A stretch of DNA of 64,000 nt from an uncultured Acidimicrobiia bacterium (lineage in GTDB: Bacteria; Actinomycetota; Acidimicrobiia; Spongiisociales; JAENVV01): positions 150,318-214,317 of the forward strand of contig CAVOQP010000006.1 in NCBI GenBank assembly GCA_963698385.1, in the 5' to 3' direction. A program made the position numbers and the translations under genes. The notes below the pieces were generated by a model that was not told where the DNA came from, did not search any database, and worked only from the letters and a program-made list of their open reading frames with translations. Positions 18,850 to 27,145 of the stretch are shown here, one piece after another (the first letter of the stretch is position 1; each line of letters opens with the position of its first letter).

Positions 18850-19686
18850 ATGGAACACGTGACGTGGGACTACCGGCCGACGTTGATCGACCCGGTCGCA
18901 TTCATCGCCTATTCGGGGTGGAACGACGGTGGTGAGGCCGCGACGAGTGCCATCGAGCACATGATCGACGTGCTCGGCGCCGAGCAGGTCGCAGGCATCG
19001 ACCACGAGGACTTCGCAGACTTCCAGGTGACCCGCCCGATGATCGTTCACGAGGAGGACGGAACCCGCCAGGTCACGTGGCCGGAGACCAGCGTCTTCGT
19101 GGCCTCCTCCCTCGGACGGGACATCGTCCTCATCGTCGGGGAGGAACCGCGGCTGCGCTGGAAGGCGTATTGCCGGGTGGTGGCCGGGGTCCTGAAGGAC
19201 CTCGACGTGGCCCGGTGCGTGACCTTCGGTGCGTTCCTCGGACAGGTCGCGCACACCTCCGAGCCCCCGATCGTCGGGGTGGCCTCCCCGGCGGTACAGG
19301 TGGCCCACGACCTGCTCTCGAGCTCCTATGAGGGGCCCACCGGCATCGTCGGGGTGCTCACCTCGGTCCTCGGCGACTTCGACCTCGACGTCACGAGCCT
19401 GTGGGCCGCCACACCCCACTACCTCGCAGGGACTGACAACCCCAAGGCCGCCCGAGCATTGATTGCCAAGGCGGAGCAGGTGTTCGGCCTCGAACTGGGC
19501 TCAGCCACGCTCGACGAGGCTGTCGAGGAGTGGGAGCAGCGGATAGAGGAGGCCGTGCTGGGCTCCGATGACCTGCAGGACTACGTCGAGCGCCTGCAGG
19601 AGGTCCATACCGAGATCGAAGGAACCGGCGGCAGGCTCGTGGAGGAGATCGAACGCTTCCTGCGGGACGACGGACCCGTCGAGTGA
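18850..19686 (+). CDS. PAC2 (proteasome assembly chaperone 2-like) family protein
   Basis: N-terminal PVAFIAYSGWNDGGEAATSAIEHM matches the actinobacterial PAC2 signature (V.AFEGWNDAG.AA). Confidence 0.6.
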   Translation: MEHVTWDYRPTLIDPVAFIAYSGWNDGGEAATSAIEHMIDVLGAEQVAGIDHEDFADFQVTRPMIVHEEDGTRQVTWPETSVFVASSLGRDIVLIVGEEPRLRWKAYCRVVAGVLKDLDVARCVTFGAFLGQVAHTSEPPIVGVASPAVQVAHDLLSSSYEGPTGIVGVLTSVLGDFDLDVTSLWAATPHYLAGTDNPKAARALIAKAEQVFGLELGSATLDEAVEEWEQRIEEAVLGSDDLQDYVERLQEVHTEIEGTGGRLVEEIERFLRDDGPVE

Positions 19687-20609
19687 GACCCGGCGTCGTC
19701 GTCGACACGCCGCGCCTCGACCGATGGCTTCCGGCCATCGCATCCCGCCTCCCCGAAGCCCATGTGACCTCCATCCCGGCCTGCGTCGACCCGTCGCAGG
19801 TGGTCGCAGCCCTCGTCTGGAAACCCGGCAGGGGTTCGCTTGTCCCCTTCCCGAACCTCCGACTCATCCAGTCGTTCGGTCACGGTGCCGACGCGCTGGT
19901 CCGAGATGACTCCCTTCCGCCCGTTCCCGTCGCACGTCTCGTCGACCCCGAGTTGGCCCGGGCGATGGCTCGCTACGTCCTCCACGCGGCGCTTCACCAC
20001 CTCCTCGAGGTCGACTCCTATCGGGAGGGCCAGGCGGCGGGTGAATGGAGGTCGCGACGACCCCGGTTCGCCTCTCGGTTCCCGGTGACCGTCCTGGGGT
20101 TGGGTGCCATCGGCGGTGAGGTGGCCAAGGTCGCCGCCGCGGCCGGGTTCCCGGTGCGGGGCTGGAGTCGAACGCCGAAGGACGCGCCCCACCCCATGTT
20201 CCACGGCAGGTCAGGCCTGGCCGGGGCAGTCGAAGGAGCCGGGATCGTCGTGAACGTGCTTCCCCTGACATCGGAGACGGAGGGACTGTGCGACGACACC
20301 TTCTTCCGGCTCTTCCGCGGTCGAGACACGCTGTTCGTGAACGTCGGCCGGGGAGCGACCGTCGACGAGGAAGCCCTTATCCGGGCCCTCGACGCGGATT
20401 CCGTCGGACACGCCACCCTCGACGTCACCCGTGAGGAGCCGCTCCCTCGGGCCAGCCCGCTCTGGAGTCACCCGCGGGTCACGATCACACCCCATGTCTC
20501 GGGACCCACCGAGATCGACTCGGCCGCCGACATCCTCGCGGCCAATCTGCGGCGGGCCATCGAGGGCGGGACGCCCGAGCACCTGGTCGACCGGGCGCGG
20601 GGGTACTGA
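19683..20609 (+). CDS. D-isomer-specific 2-hydroxyacid dehydrogenase family protein (glyoxylate/hydroxypyruvate reductase A-like)
   Basis: NAD-binding VTVLGLGAIGGEVAKVAAAAGFPVRGWSR. Catalytic region FVNVGRGATVDEEALIRAL...TPHVSG. Start overlaps PAC2 stop. Confidence 0.75.
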   Translation: MRPGVVVDTPRLDRWLPAIASRLPEAHVTSIPACVDPSQVVAALVWKPGRGSLVPFPNLRLIQSFGHGADALVRDDSLPPVPVARLVDPELARAMARYVLHAALHHLLEVDSYREGQAAGEWRSRRPRFASRFPVTVLGLGAIGGEVAKVAAAAGFPVRGWSRTPKDAPHPMFHGRSGLAGAVEGAGIVVNVLPLTSETEGLCDDTFFRLFRGRDTLFVNVGRGATVDEEALIRALDADSVGHATLDVTREEPLPRASPLWSHPRVTITPHVSGPTEIDSAADILAANLRRAIEGGTPEHLVDRARGY

Positions 20610-20635
20610 GGGCCGCAGCGCGGCCCAGTTCGACG

Positions 20636-20726
20636 TCCCAAGTCCCAAGTTCAAGATGTGCTGGCTGCGGGGCTGGGTGGTCCGTCGTCCGTCGTCCTCT
20701 GTCCTCTGTCCTCGGTCCTCGGTCCC
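20636..20726. repeat. short tandem repeat block: (GTCCCAA)x2 then heptamer series GTCCGTC x2, GTCCTCT x2, GTCCTCG x2
   Basis: Direct reading: gtcccaagtcccaagttcaag ... gtccgtcgtccgtcgtcctctgtcctctgtcctcggtcctcggtcc. Confidence 0.8.
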
Positions 20727-20734
20727 CCCACGCG

Positions 20735-20768
20735 GTCCGGCCCGGGGTGGAAGCCCCGGGCCGGACGG
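20735..20768. terminator. perfect 13-bp-stem hairpin between convergent genes (bidirectional terminator candidate)
   Basis: gtccggcccgggg-tggaag-ccccgggccggac. Lies between the stop of the 2-hydroxyacid dehydrogenase (+) and the stop of the livK-type gene (-). Confidence 0.6.
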
Positions 20769-20806
20769 TCAACTGGCGAGACGCCAGTGCATGGGGACGG
20801 CTTGGA

Positions 20807-22132
20807 TCAGCCGCCGTAGATCACCTGTTCGAGGGTCTGGGCAGCACCCTCGGCGTCGTAGATGTAGACGTCGTAGCTGCCGACTCCGGGCTCACCGACC
20901 TCGTTGAAGTCGAGTGGACCAGAGGCCCCGTCGTAGTCGATGTCCGTGCCCGCGGCGATGAGTGCGTGGCAGGCCTCGTAGGAGGTGCACTTCTCACCGC
21001 CGGTGGTGACGGAGATCATGTTGGCCTGGATGGTCGGGCCGTCGGCAGCTCCGCCCTGCTCGGCGGCGAGCACGATGATCATCAGGCAGTCGTAGGACTG
21101 GCTGGAGAAGATCGTGGGCACGTCGGGTGCGAAGGCCGCGAACCGGGCTGGGAACGTTGCCTCGCCGGACGCGGGAGCAGCGGACGGTGCCGTGCCCTTC
21201 ACACCTTCGAGGGCGGCCGGGTTGTCAGGATCGACGTCGGCTGCAGCGACGGAGTCCTTGAACCCATCGGTGACGTAGATGGCGACGTCGGCCGGGCCGA
21301 CTCCCGCCTCGATCATGGCCTGCATCACTGCGGCACCTTCGGAGAAGGAGACGACGACGATCGCGTCAGGAGCGGCATCGGCGAGCTGGGCGACTTCGGC
21401 GTCGAAGGTCGTCCCAGCCGGGTCGTACGCCACCGACGCCGCGACGGTGAGACCCGAGTCCTGGAGGCCCGCAGACAGGACATCGTTGAAACCGGATCCG
21501 TACTCGTCGTTGCGGTAGATCACGCCGACCGTGGTCATGCCGTCATCGGCGATGACGTCGGCGAGGGCCGGGCCCTGCAGCACATCGGAAGGGGCGGTGC
21601 GGAAGTAGTAGCCACCGTCGTCGTAGTTGGTGAGGTTCGTGCCCGTGTTCGACGGCGAGCACTGCACGACCTCGGAGCCGGTGATCTTGTCGATCACGGC
21701 CAGGGAGACGCCGGACGCAGCCGCACCGATGATGGCGGGGACGCCTTCATTCAGGAGCTGGTCCACTGTCACTGATGCGACGGCGGGGTCGGTGCCCGAG
21801 TCACCCGGGATGAGCGTCACGGAGCCGCCGGCGGCGTTGATCTCCGCCACGGCCATCTCGATCGGCTTCACGAGGGCGTCGATGATGACTGCCAGACCGC
21901 CGGTCTGGGGCAGCAGGTAGCCAACCACGATGTCCAGGGGCGCCATCTCCATCGGGGCTTCGGTCTCCATAGGAGCTTCGGTGGCGGGGGGTTCGGTCGC
22001 CGGGGCTTCGGTCGGGGCGACCGTCGCCGCAGGTTCGGTGTCAGCGGTCTCCGCCGCACACGCCGCTGTGATCAGGGCGAGTACGACGATCAGCACGCCG
22101 AACTTCATGAGTTGTTTCACTGTTTCCTCCAT
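20807..22132 (-). CDS. livK: branched-chain amino acid ABC transporter substrate-binding lipoprotein (LivK/LivJ type, periplasmic binding protein type I); likely start at the internal Met (MKFGVL, ~22108)
   Basis: Lipobox LITAAC plus a Thr/Glu/Ala/Pro linker. DIVVGYLLPQTGGLAVIIDALVKPIEMAVAEINAAGG... is typical of Leu/Ile/Val-binding proteins. Only 2 kb from livHMGF but on the opposite strand. Confidence 0.7.
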   Translation of the reverse strand: MEETVKQLMKFGVLIVVLALITAACAAETADTEPAATVAPTEAPATEPPATEAPMETEAPMEMAPLDIVVGYLLPQTGGLAVIIDALVKPIEMAVAEINAAGGSVTLIPGDSGTDPAVASVTVDQLLNEGVPAIIGAAASGVSLAVIDKITGSEVVQCSPSNTGTNLTNYDDGGYYFRTAPSDVLQGPALADVIADDGMTTVGVIYRNDEYGSGFNDVLSAGLQDSGLTVAASVAYDPAGTTFDAEVAQLADAAPDAIVVVSFSEGAAVMQAMIEAGVGPADVAIYVTDGFKDSVAAADVDPDNPAALEGVKGTAPSAAPASGEATFPARFAAFAPDVPTIFSSQSYDCLMIIVLAAEQGGAADGPTIQANMISVTTGGEKCTSYEACHALIAAGTDIDYDGASGPLDFNEVGEPGVGSYDVYIYDAEGAAQTLEQVIYGG

Positions 22133-22141
22133 TGTGAGAAC

Positions 22142-22160
22142 GCTCGATCATCGATCGAGC
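22142..22160. promoter_or_regulatory. perfect palindrome gctcgatc-atc-gatcgagc ~35 bp upstream of the livK-type gene start; candidate operator
   Basis: Direct reading of 8-bp inverted repeat with 3-nt spacer in the 5' region of the minus-strand binding-protein gene. Confidence 0.35.
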
Positions 22161-22245
22161 GCCCCATCAGCATAGAGTCGCGCTGGGCTATTCGGTCGGA
22201 ACCGACCTCACAATCCTCGAAACTCCAAACGCATCGAGAGTGGGG

Positions 22246-22767
22246 TCAGCCGGCGAGGAGGAGGTCGCGCCAGGCTCGGCACACCGTGGCGAAGGGTTCG
22301 TCGAGGCGTTCGAGTGCCACGGCCAGTTCGGCAGCGGTCGCCCGCGCCTTGTCGACCCACAATGGCGGGTAGTCGAGGCGGTCCTTGTGCAGGAGGAACT
22401 CGTCCTCATCGTCGAGGAGCACTTCCCCGTCCTGGTTGCGAATGACGTCCAGGTCGAGGTCGACCATCGTCACGACCCCTTCGGTGATGACGGCGGGGGT
22501 CACCACGTCGATGTAGTGGGTGAGGTCGCGGTCGTCCCCGTTGAAGATGAGCGACCACCATCCGCCGGGGACGATGAGCTGGACAAACGGTGCTGTGCAG
22601 AAGAAGCCGCGCTCGTGGAGTGTCACAGGGATCGGCACTTCGCCCTTCTTGAGCCAGGTCTTCTCGTTGGCGCCGAGCCACAGCCCATGTTCATCCTCCC
22701 CGAGCGGGAGCATGGGATCGTGACGCCAGTGGGGCGTGCCGGGGTGCTTGAGATACTGAATGCGCAT
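22246..22767 (-). CDS. DUF402-family protein (FomD / nucleoside di- and triphosphatase-like)
   Basis: 173 aa. YIDVVTPAVITEGVVTMVDLDLDVIRNQDGEVLLDDEDEF resembles the conserved DUF402 core with paired DLDLDV acidic motif. Confidence 0.5.
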   Translation of the reverse strand: MRIQYLKHPGTPHWRHDPMLPLGEDEHGLWLGANEKTWLKKGEVPIPVTLHERGFFCTAPFVQLIVPGGWWSLIFNGDDRDLTHYIDVVTPAVITEGVVTMVDLDLDVIRNQDGEVLLDDEDEFLLHKDRLDYPPLWVDKARATAAELAVALERLDEPFATVCRAWRDLLLAG

Positions 22768-22809
22768 GATGGTTGCGGGTTCGCGGGCTGTGATCCGGCA
22801 GGTGTCGTG

Positions 22810-23820
22810 CTACTCGACGGTCCACGTACCGAGGCTGCGGACCAGCTTTGCAAGGTCGCCGGGACCCCGCTTCTCCTGCACCTCGGCGAGTTGGCGATTC
22901 AAGGCGTCGTCGTACGCTTCGCGTGGCGTGTCGAGGAAGACCCCCAGCGGTGCAGGTCCGCTGGGGCCCTGGTTGAGGCGACTGAGGGCGAAAGCCTGGC
23001 TGCGCGAGTACGACGTCTCGTCATGGACGAGGATGCGGTCCATGGCGACCGATGCCGTCTCGACGATCTTGGCCTCGGCACCATCGAGCATGACCGCATA
23101 CTCACCGTCGGGTCCGAAGATGAGCGGCTCGCCGTGGCGCATGTAGATGCGGTTGTGGGCCCGCTCCTCCTTGCCGGTGAGCTTGATGAATGCCTTGTCG
23201 TTGAACACGTTGCAGTTCTGGTAGATCTCGATGAAGGCCGTGCCCCGGTGGGCGTGGGCTCGTTCGAGCATCTCGACGGTGTGGCCCGGGTCGGAGTCGA
23301 GAGTCCGGGCAACGAACGTGGCTTCGGCCCCGAGGGCGAGGCTGATCGGGTTGAACGGGTAGTCCAAGGATCCGACCGGCGACGACTTCGTTTTCTTCCC
23401 CTGCTCGGAGGTGGGGGAGTACTGGCCCTTGGTGAGTCCGTAGATCTGGTTGTTGAACAGCAGGATCTTGAGGTTGACGTTGCGTCGCAGGGCGTGGATG
23501 AGGTGATTGCCGCCGATCGACAGGGCGTCGCCGTCCCCGGTGATGACCCAGACGTCGAGGTCGGGTCGGGACGATGCGAGGCCGGTGGCGATGGCCGGTG
23601 CTCGCCCGTGGATCGAGTGCATCCCGTAGGTGTTCATGTAGTAGGGGAAGCGGCTCGAACAGCCGATGCCGGAGATGAAGACGATCTTCTCCCTGGCGAC
23701 GCCCATTTCTGCCATGTACCGCTGGACGCTGGAGAGGATCGTGTAGTCGCCACACCCGGGGCACCAGCGGGGCTCCTGGTCGGTCTGGAAGTCCGCCCGT
23801 GTGTAGTTGAGCGTCGTCAT
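22810..23820 (-). CDS. korB: 2-oxoglutarate:ferredoxin oxidoreductase beta subunit (TPP-binding)
   Basis: WCPGCGDYTILSS...FISGIGCSSRFPYY...ITGDGDALSIGGNHLIHALRRNVNLKILLFNNQIYGLTKGQ matches the KorB TPP-binding fold. Start overlaps korA stop. Confidence 0.8.
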   Translation of the reverse strand: MTTLNYTRADFQTDQEPRWCPGCGDYTILSSVQRYMAEMGVAREKIVFISGIGCSSRFPYYMNTYGMHSIHGRAPAIATGLASSRPDLDVWVITGDGDALSIGGNHLIHALRRNVNLKILLFNNQIYGLTKGQYSPTSEQGKKTKSSPVGSLDYPFNPISLALGAEATFVARTLDSDPGHTVEMLERAHAHRGTAFIEIYQNCNVFNDKAFIKLTGKEERAHNRIYMRHGEPLIFGPDGEYAVMLDGAEAKIVETASVAMDRILVHDETSYSRSQAFALSRLNQGPSGPAPLGVFLDTPREAYDDALNRQLAEVQEKRGPGDLAKLVRSLGTWTVE

Positions 23821-25685
23821 GCCGTCATCTCCAGGATCTTGTCGCGTATCTCCGAGATCTTGAATGGCTCGGCAGCGACTTTGTTGAGGCCCTCGGTGGG
23901 AACCAGGAACTCGGCCCGGAGGATGTAGCGGAGTTGGCCGCTGTTCAGTTCGGGGACGAGGATCTTCTTGTAGGAACCCAAGACCTCACCGAGGTTCCTC
24001 GGGAACGGGTTGAGGTACCGGAGGTGGGCGCGAGCGACCTTGGTCCCGCGGTTCCGGCGGAGATTGTTGACCGCCGCCTTGATGGGCGGGAAGGTCGACC
24101 CCCAGCCGAGCACCAGCACGTCGGCCCCGTCGGGGTCATCCACCTCGAGGTCGGGTATGTCATTGGCGATACCGGCGATCTTGGCGGCACGGGCATCGGT
24201 CATGACTTGGTGGTTGGTGGTGTCGTAGGAGACGTTGCCGGTGACCGACTCGCTCTCGAGGCCGCCGATGCGGTGTTCGAGGCCCGCCGTACCCGGGATG
24301 GCCCAAGGGCGCGCCAGGGTGACGGAGTCGCGGAGGTAGGGGAGGAATGTCCCGTCCGGGGAGTTGGGGGCCGTCGCGTACCCGCCCGTGAGGTCCGGCA
24401 GTTCGTCGATGTCGGGGATGGCCCACGGTTCGGAGCCGTTCGCGACGTTGTTGTCCGAGAGCAGGATCACCGGGGTCATGAACTTGAGGGCGATCCGCGC
24501 CGCCTCGATCGCCACATCGAAGGCGTCCGACGGCGATGCAGCAGCGATGATCGGGAGCGGCGACTCCCCGTGGCGGCCGAAGAGCGCGAAGAGGAGGTCG
24601 GACTGCTCGGGCTTGGTCGGGAGACCCGTGGAAGGCCCGCCGCGCTGGACGTCGACGATGATCATCGGGAGTTCGGTCATCACGGCCAGGCTGATCGCCT
24701 CGCTCTTGAGAGCGAGACCGGGTCCCGACGTGCCGGTGATGGCGAGGCTGCCTCCGAACGCGGCGCCGATGACCGAACCGATGGCGGCGATCTCGTCCTC
24801 CGCCTGGAAGGTCCGAACTCCGAAATTCTTGTGCTTCGCCAGTTCGTGGAGGATGTCGGTGGCGGGTGTGATCGGGTACGAACCGTAGAAGACGGGGAGA
24901 TTCGCTTGCTGACCGGCGGCGATGAGGCCCCAGGCCAGCGCCATGTTCCCGCTGATGTTCGTGTAGGTGCCCGGGCGGAGTTGGGCTGGCTGAACGTGGA
25001 AGGTGGTCTTGAACGCCTCGGTCGTGAGTCCGAAGTTGTATCCACCGCGCAGGGCACCGATGTTGGCATCGACCACGGTGGGGTTGCTGGCGAACTTCGT
25101 CCTCACCCAGTCGATGGACGGCTCGAGGGGGCGGTTGAAGAGCCAGGCGAGGAGTCCGACTGCAAGCATGTTCTTCGACCGCAATGCCTCGCGACCGGAG
25201 ACACCGCTGTTGACGACCGCTTCCTTGGTGAGCTTCTCCATCGGTACTTCGATGACGCGGTATCCCTCGAGATCACCGTTCTCCAAGGGGTTGTGGTCCC
25301 ACTCGGCCTTCTCCAGGTTCCGTTCGGTGAAGGCGTCGGTGTTGACGATGATCGTGCCGTTCTTGCGAACGTCGGCCAGGTTGGCCTTGAGGGCGGCCGG
25401 GTTCATGGCTACCAGTACGTCGGGTTCGTCCCCAGCGGTGAGGATGTCGAAGTCGGCGATCTGGACCTGGTAGGAGCTCACCCCGGCGATCGTGCCTTGG
25501 GGCGCCCGGATCTCGGCCGGGAAGGAGGGGAGGGTTGCGAGGTCGTTGCCGAACAGGGCGGAGGCTTCGGTGAAGCGCGAGCCGGCGACCTGCATTCCGT
25601 CTCCGGAGTCGCCGGCGAAGCGGATGATCACCTTTTCGAGGTGCTCTGCTTCTACCCCATCGGGGAGGGTTCTTGTGTCAGACAC
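23817..25685 (-). CDS. korA: 2-oxoglutarate:ferredoxin oxidoreductase alpha subunit
   Basis: 622 aa. Pyruvate/2-oxoacid:ferredoxin oxidoreductase domain order gamma-like N-term + alpha core (AGYPITPATDILHELAKH). Confidence 0.8.
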   Translation of the reverse strand: MSDTRTLPDGVEAEHLEKVIIRFAGDSGDGMQVAGSRFTEASALFGNDLATLPSFPAEIRAPQGTIAGVSSYQVQIADFDILTAGDEPDVLVAMNPAALKANLADVRKNGTIIVNTDAFTERNLEKAEWDHNPLENGDLEGYRVIEVPMEKLTKEAVVNSGVSGREALRSKNMLAVGLLAWLFNRPLEPSIDWVRTKFASNPTVVDANIGALRGGYNFGLTTEAFKTTFHVQPAQLRPGTYTNISGNMALAWGLIAAGQQANLPVFYGSYPITPATDILHELAKHKNFGVRTFQAEDEIAAIGSVIGAAFGGSLAITGTSGPGLALKSEAISLAVMTELPMIIVDVQRGGPSTGLPTKPEQSDLLFALFGRHGESPLPIIAAASPSDAFDVAIEAARIALKFMTPVILLSDNNVANGSEPWAIPDIDELPDLTGGYATAPNSPDGTFLPYLRDSVTLARPWAIPGTAGLEHRIGGLESESVTGNVSYDTTNHQVMTDARAAKIAGIANDIPDLEVDDPDGADVLVLGWGSTFPPIKAAVNNLRRNRGTKVARAHLRYLNPFPRNLGEVLGSYKKILVPELNSGQLRYILRAEFLVPTEGLNKVAAEPFKISEIRDKILEMTA

Positions 25686-25833
25686 GGTTCACTTTCCTGG
25701 GGCTGGACAGGTCTAGCGGCACCTGCAATGGCCAATTGTCCCACAGACGCCGGGCTTGTCTGGAGCATTGGAGTCTCCGCGGGGGCCGGGGTGCCTCGCT
25801 ACCGGCCACATGTCCGTGCGGTACCCTCCCGGG

Positions 25834-27045
25834 ATGAGCGAAGTCTTCATCGTCGATGCCTGCCGGACGCCGATCGGGAAGCTGGGAGGCGTGCTGGCCC
25901 ACGTCCGCCCGGACGACCTGGCGGCCCACATCCTCGACCGCCTCATGCAGCGGAATCCGACGGTCGATCCGTCCCTGGTCGAGGACGTTGTGTGGGGTGC
26001 GGCGAACCAGGCCGGGGAGGACAACCGCGACGTTGCCCGGATCGCCGCCCTCCTCGCAGGCTTCCCGGTGGAGGTGGCCGGCGTGACCGTCAATCGGCTG
26101 TGTGGCTCCAGCCTGCAGGCGACCATCCAAGCCGGGCAGGCCCTCAAGGACGGCTGGGGCTCGTTCATGATCGCCGGCGGGTCGGAGTCGATGAGCCGTG
26201 CGCCTCTCGTGATGATGACGAAGCCGCAGTCAGCCTTCCGGCCCGGGATCCCCGAGGTTGCCGACACAACGCTCGGTTGGCGCCTCGTCAACCCCCGCTG
26301 GCCCGATGTCCACAGGGCGCTCAGCATGGGTGAGACCGCCGAAGAGGTGGCCGAGCGGTTCCGGGTCTCCCGCGACGACCAGGACGCGTTCGCTCTGGAA
26401 TCCCATCGTCGGGCGGTGGCGGCGATGGATGGGGGTCGTCTCGCTGGTCAGATCGAGGCCATCGAAGCCCCCCAGGATGCCCGGGGACGGCAGGTCGTCC
26501 GGGTGACCGAGGACGAGGGCCCGCGTCGGGAGGCCAACCTGGAGTCGATGGCCAGGCTGAAGCCGGTGTTCCGTGACGGCGGGACCGTCACGGCGGGGAA
26601 TGCCTCCCAGATGAACGATGGGGCCGCCGCCGTCCTGCTGGCAACGGGGGCCGCCGTCGAGCGGCACGGCCTGCAGCCGATGGCTCGCATCGTCTCGGGG
26701 GCCGCGGTGGGGGTGCATCCCGACATCATGGGGATCGGGCCGGTGCCTGCCAGTCGCAAGGCCCTCGAACGGGCGGGCCTGGCCATCGAGGACGTCGGTC
26801 TTGCGGAGCTCAATGAGGCATTTGCCTCCCAGGCGATCGCCTGCGTGCGGGAGCTCGGTCTCGACCCCGAGATCGTGAACACGAACGGCGGTGCCATCGC
26901 CAACGGGCACCCGTTGGGGGCGTCTGGGGCGAAGATCCTGACCACCCTCCTCCATGAGATGCAGGCGCGGGACGTCCGGTATGGGTTGGCGTCGATGTGT
27001 ATCGGGGTTGGCCAGGGAGTGGCGATCGTGGTGGAGAAGGTCTAG
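25834..27045 (+). CDS. acetyl-CoA C-acyltransferase (thiolase II family)
   Basis: MSEVFIVDACRTPIGK...NRLCGSSLQA (active Cys)...NGGAIANGHPLGASGA...CIGVGQGVA. ATG 25834 is in frame with track ORF 25756..27045. Confidence 0.85.
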   Translation: MSEVFIVDACRTPIGKLGGVLAHVRPDDLAAHILDRLMQRNPTVDPSLVEDVVWGAANQAGEDNRDVARIAALLAGFPVEVAGVTVNRLCGSSLQATIQAGQALKDGWGSFMIAGGSESMSRAPLVMMTKPQSAFRPGIPEVADTTLGWRLVNPRWPDVHRALSMGETAEEVAERFRVSRDDQDAFALESHRRAVAAMDGGRLAGQIEAIEAPQDARGRQVVRVTEDEGPRREANLESMARLKPVFRDGGTVTAGNASQMNDGAAAVLLATGAAVERHGLQPMARIVSGAAVGVHPDIMGIGPVPASRKALERAGLAIEDVGLAELNEAFASQAIACVRELGLDPEIVNTNGGAIANGHPLGASGAKILTTLLHEMQARDVRYGLASMCIGVGQGVAIVVEKV

Positions 27046-27145
27046 GGCGAGCCGCCCGAGCACGAGCATGAACCCGAGCCGGAGTCCGAACCGGACTCCG
27101 AGTTTGAGCCCGAGTCCGAGCGTGAATCCGAGCACGAGCCCGAGC
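27046..27145. repeat. degenerate tandem repeat block (GAGCCCGAG / GAGCACGAGC units) in the convergent thiolase/amidase intergenic region
   Basis: Direct reading: cccgagcacgagcatgaacccgagccggagtccgaaccggactccgagtttgagcccgagtccgagcgtgaatccgagcacgagcccgagc. The same GCCCGAGCACGAGCC core recurs at 29645-29735. Confidence 0.75.

Noticed and set aside
20636-20726. Possibility that the tandem repeat blocks are CRISPR arrays
   Set aside because: Units are only 6-10 nt, directly abutting with no spacers of unique sequence. No cas genes in the window.
23934-26333. 799-aa plus-strand ORF (also 22240..23928, 562 aa)
   Set aside because: Antisense to korA/korB/DUF402, which have strong TPP-enzyme motifs. 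Translation is Gly/Arg/Asp-rich and featureless.
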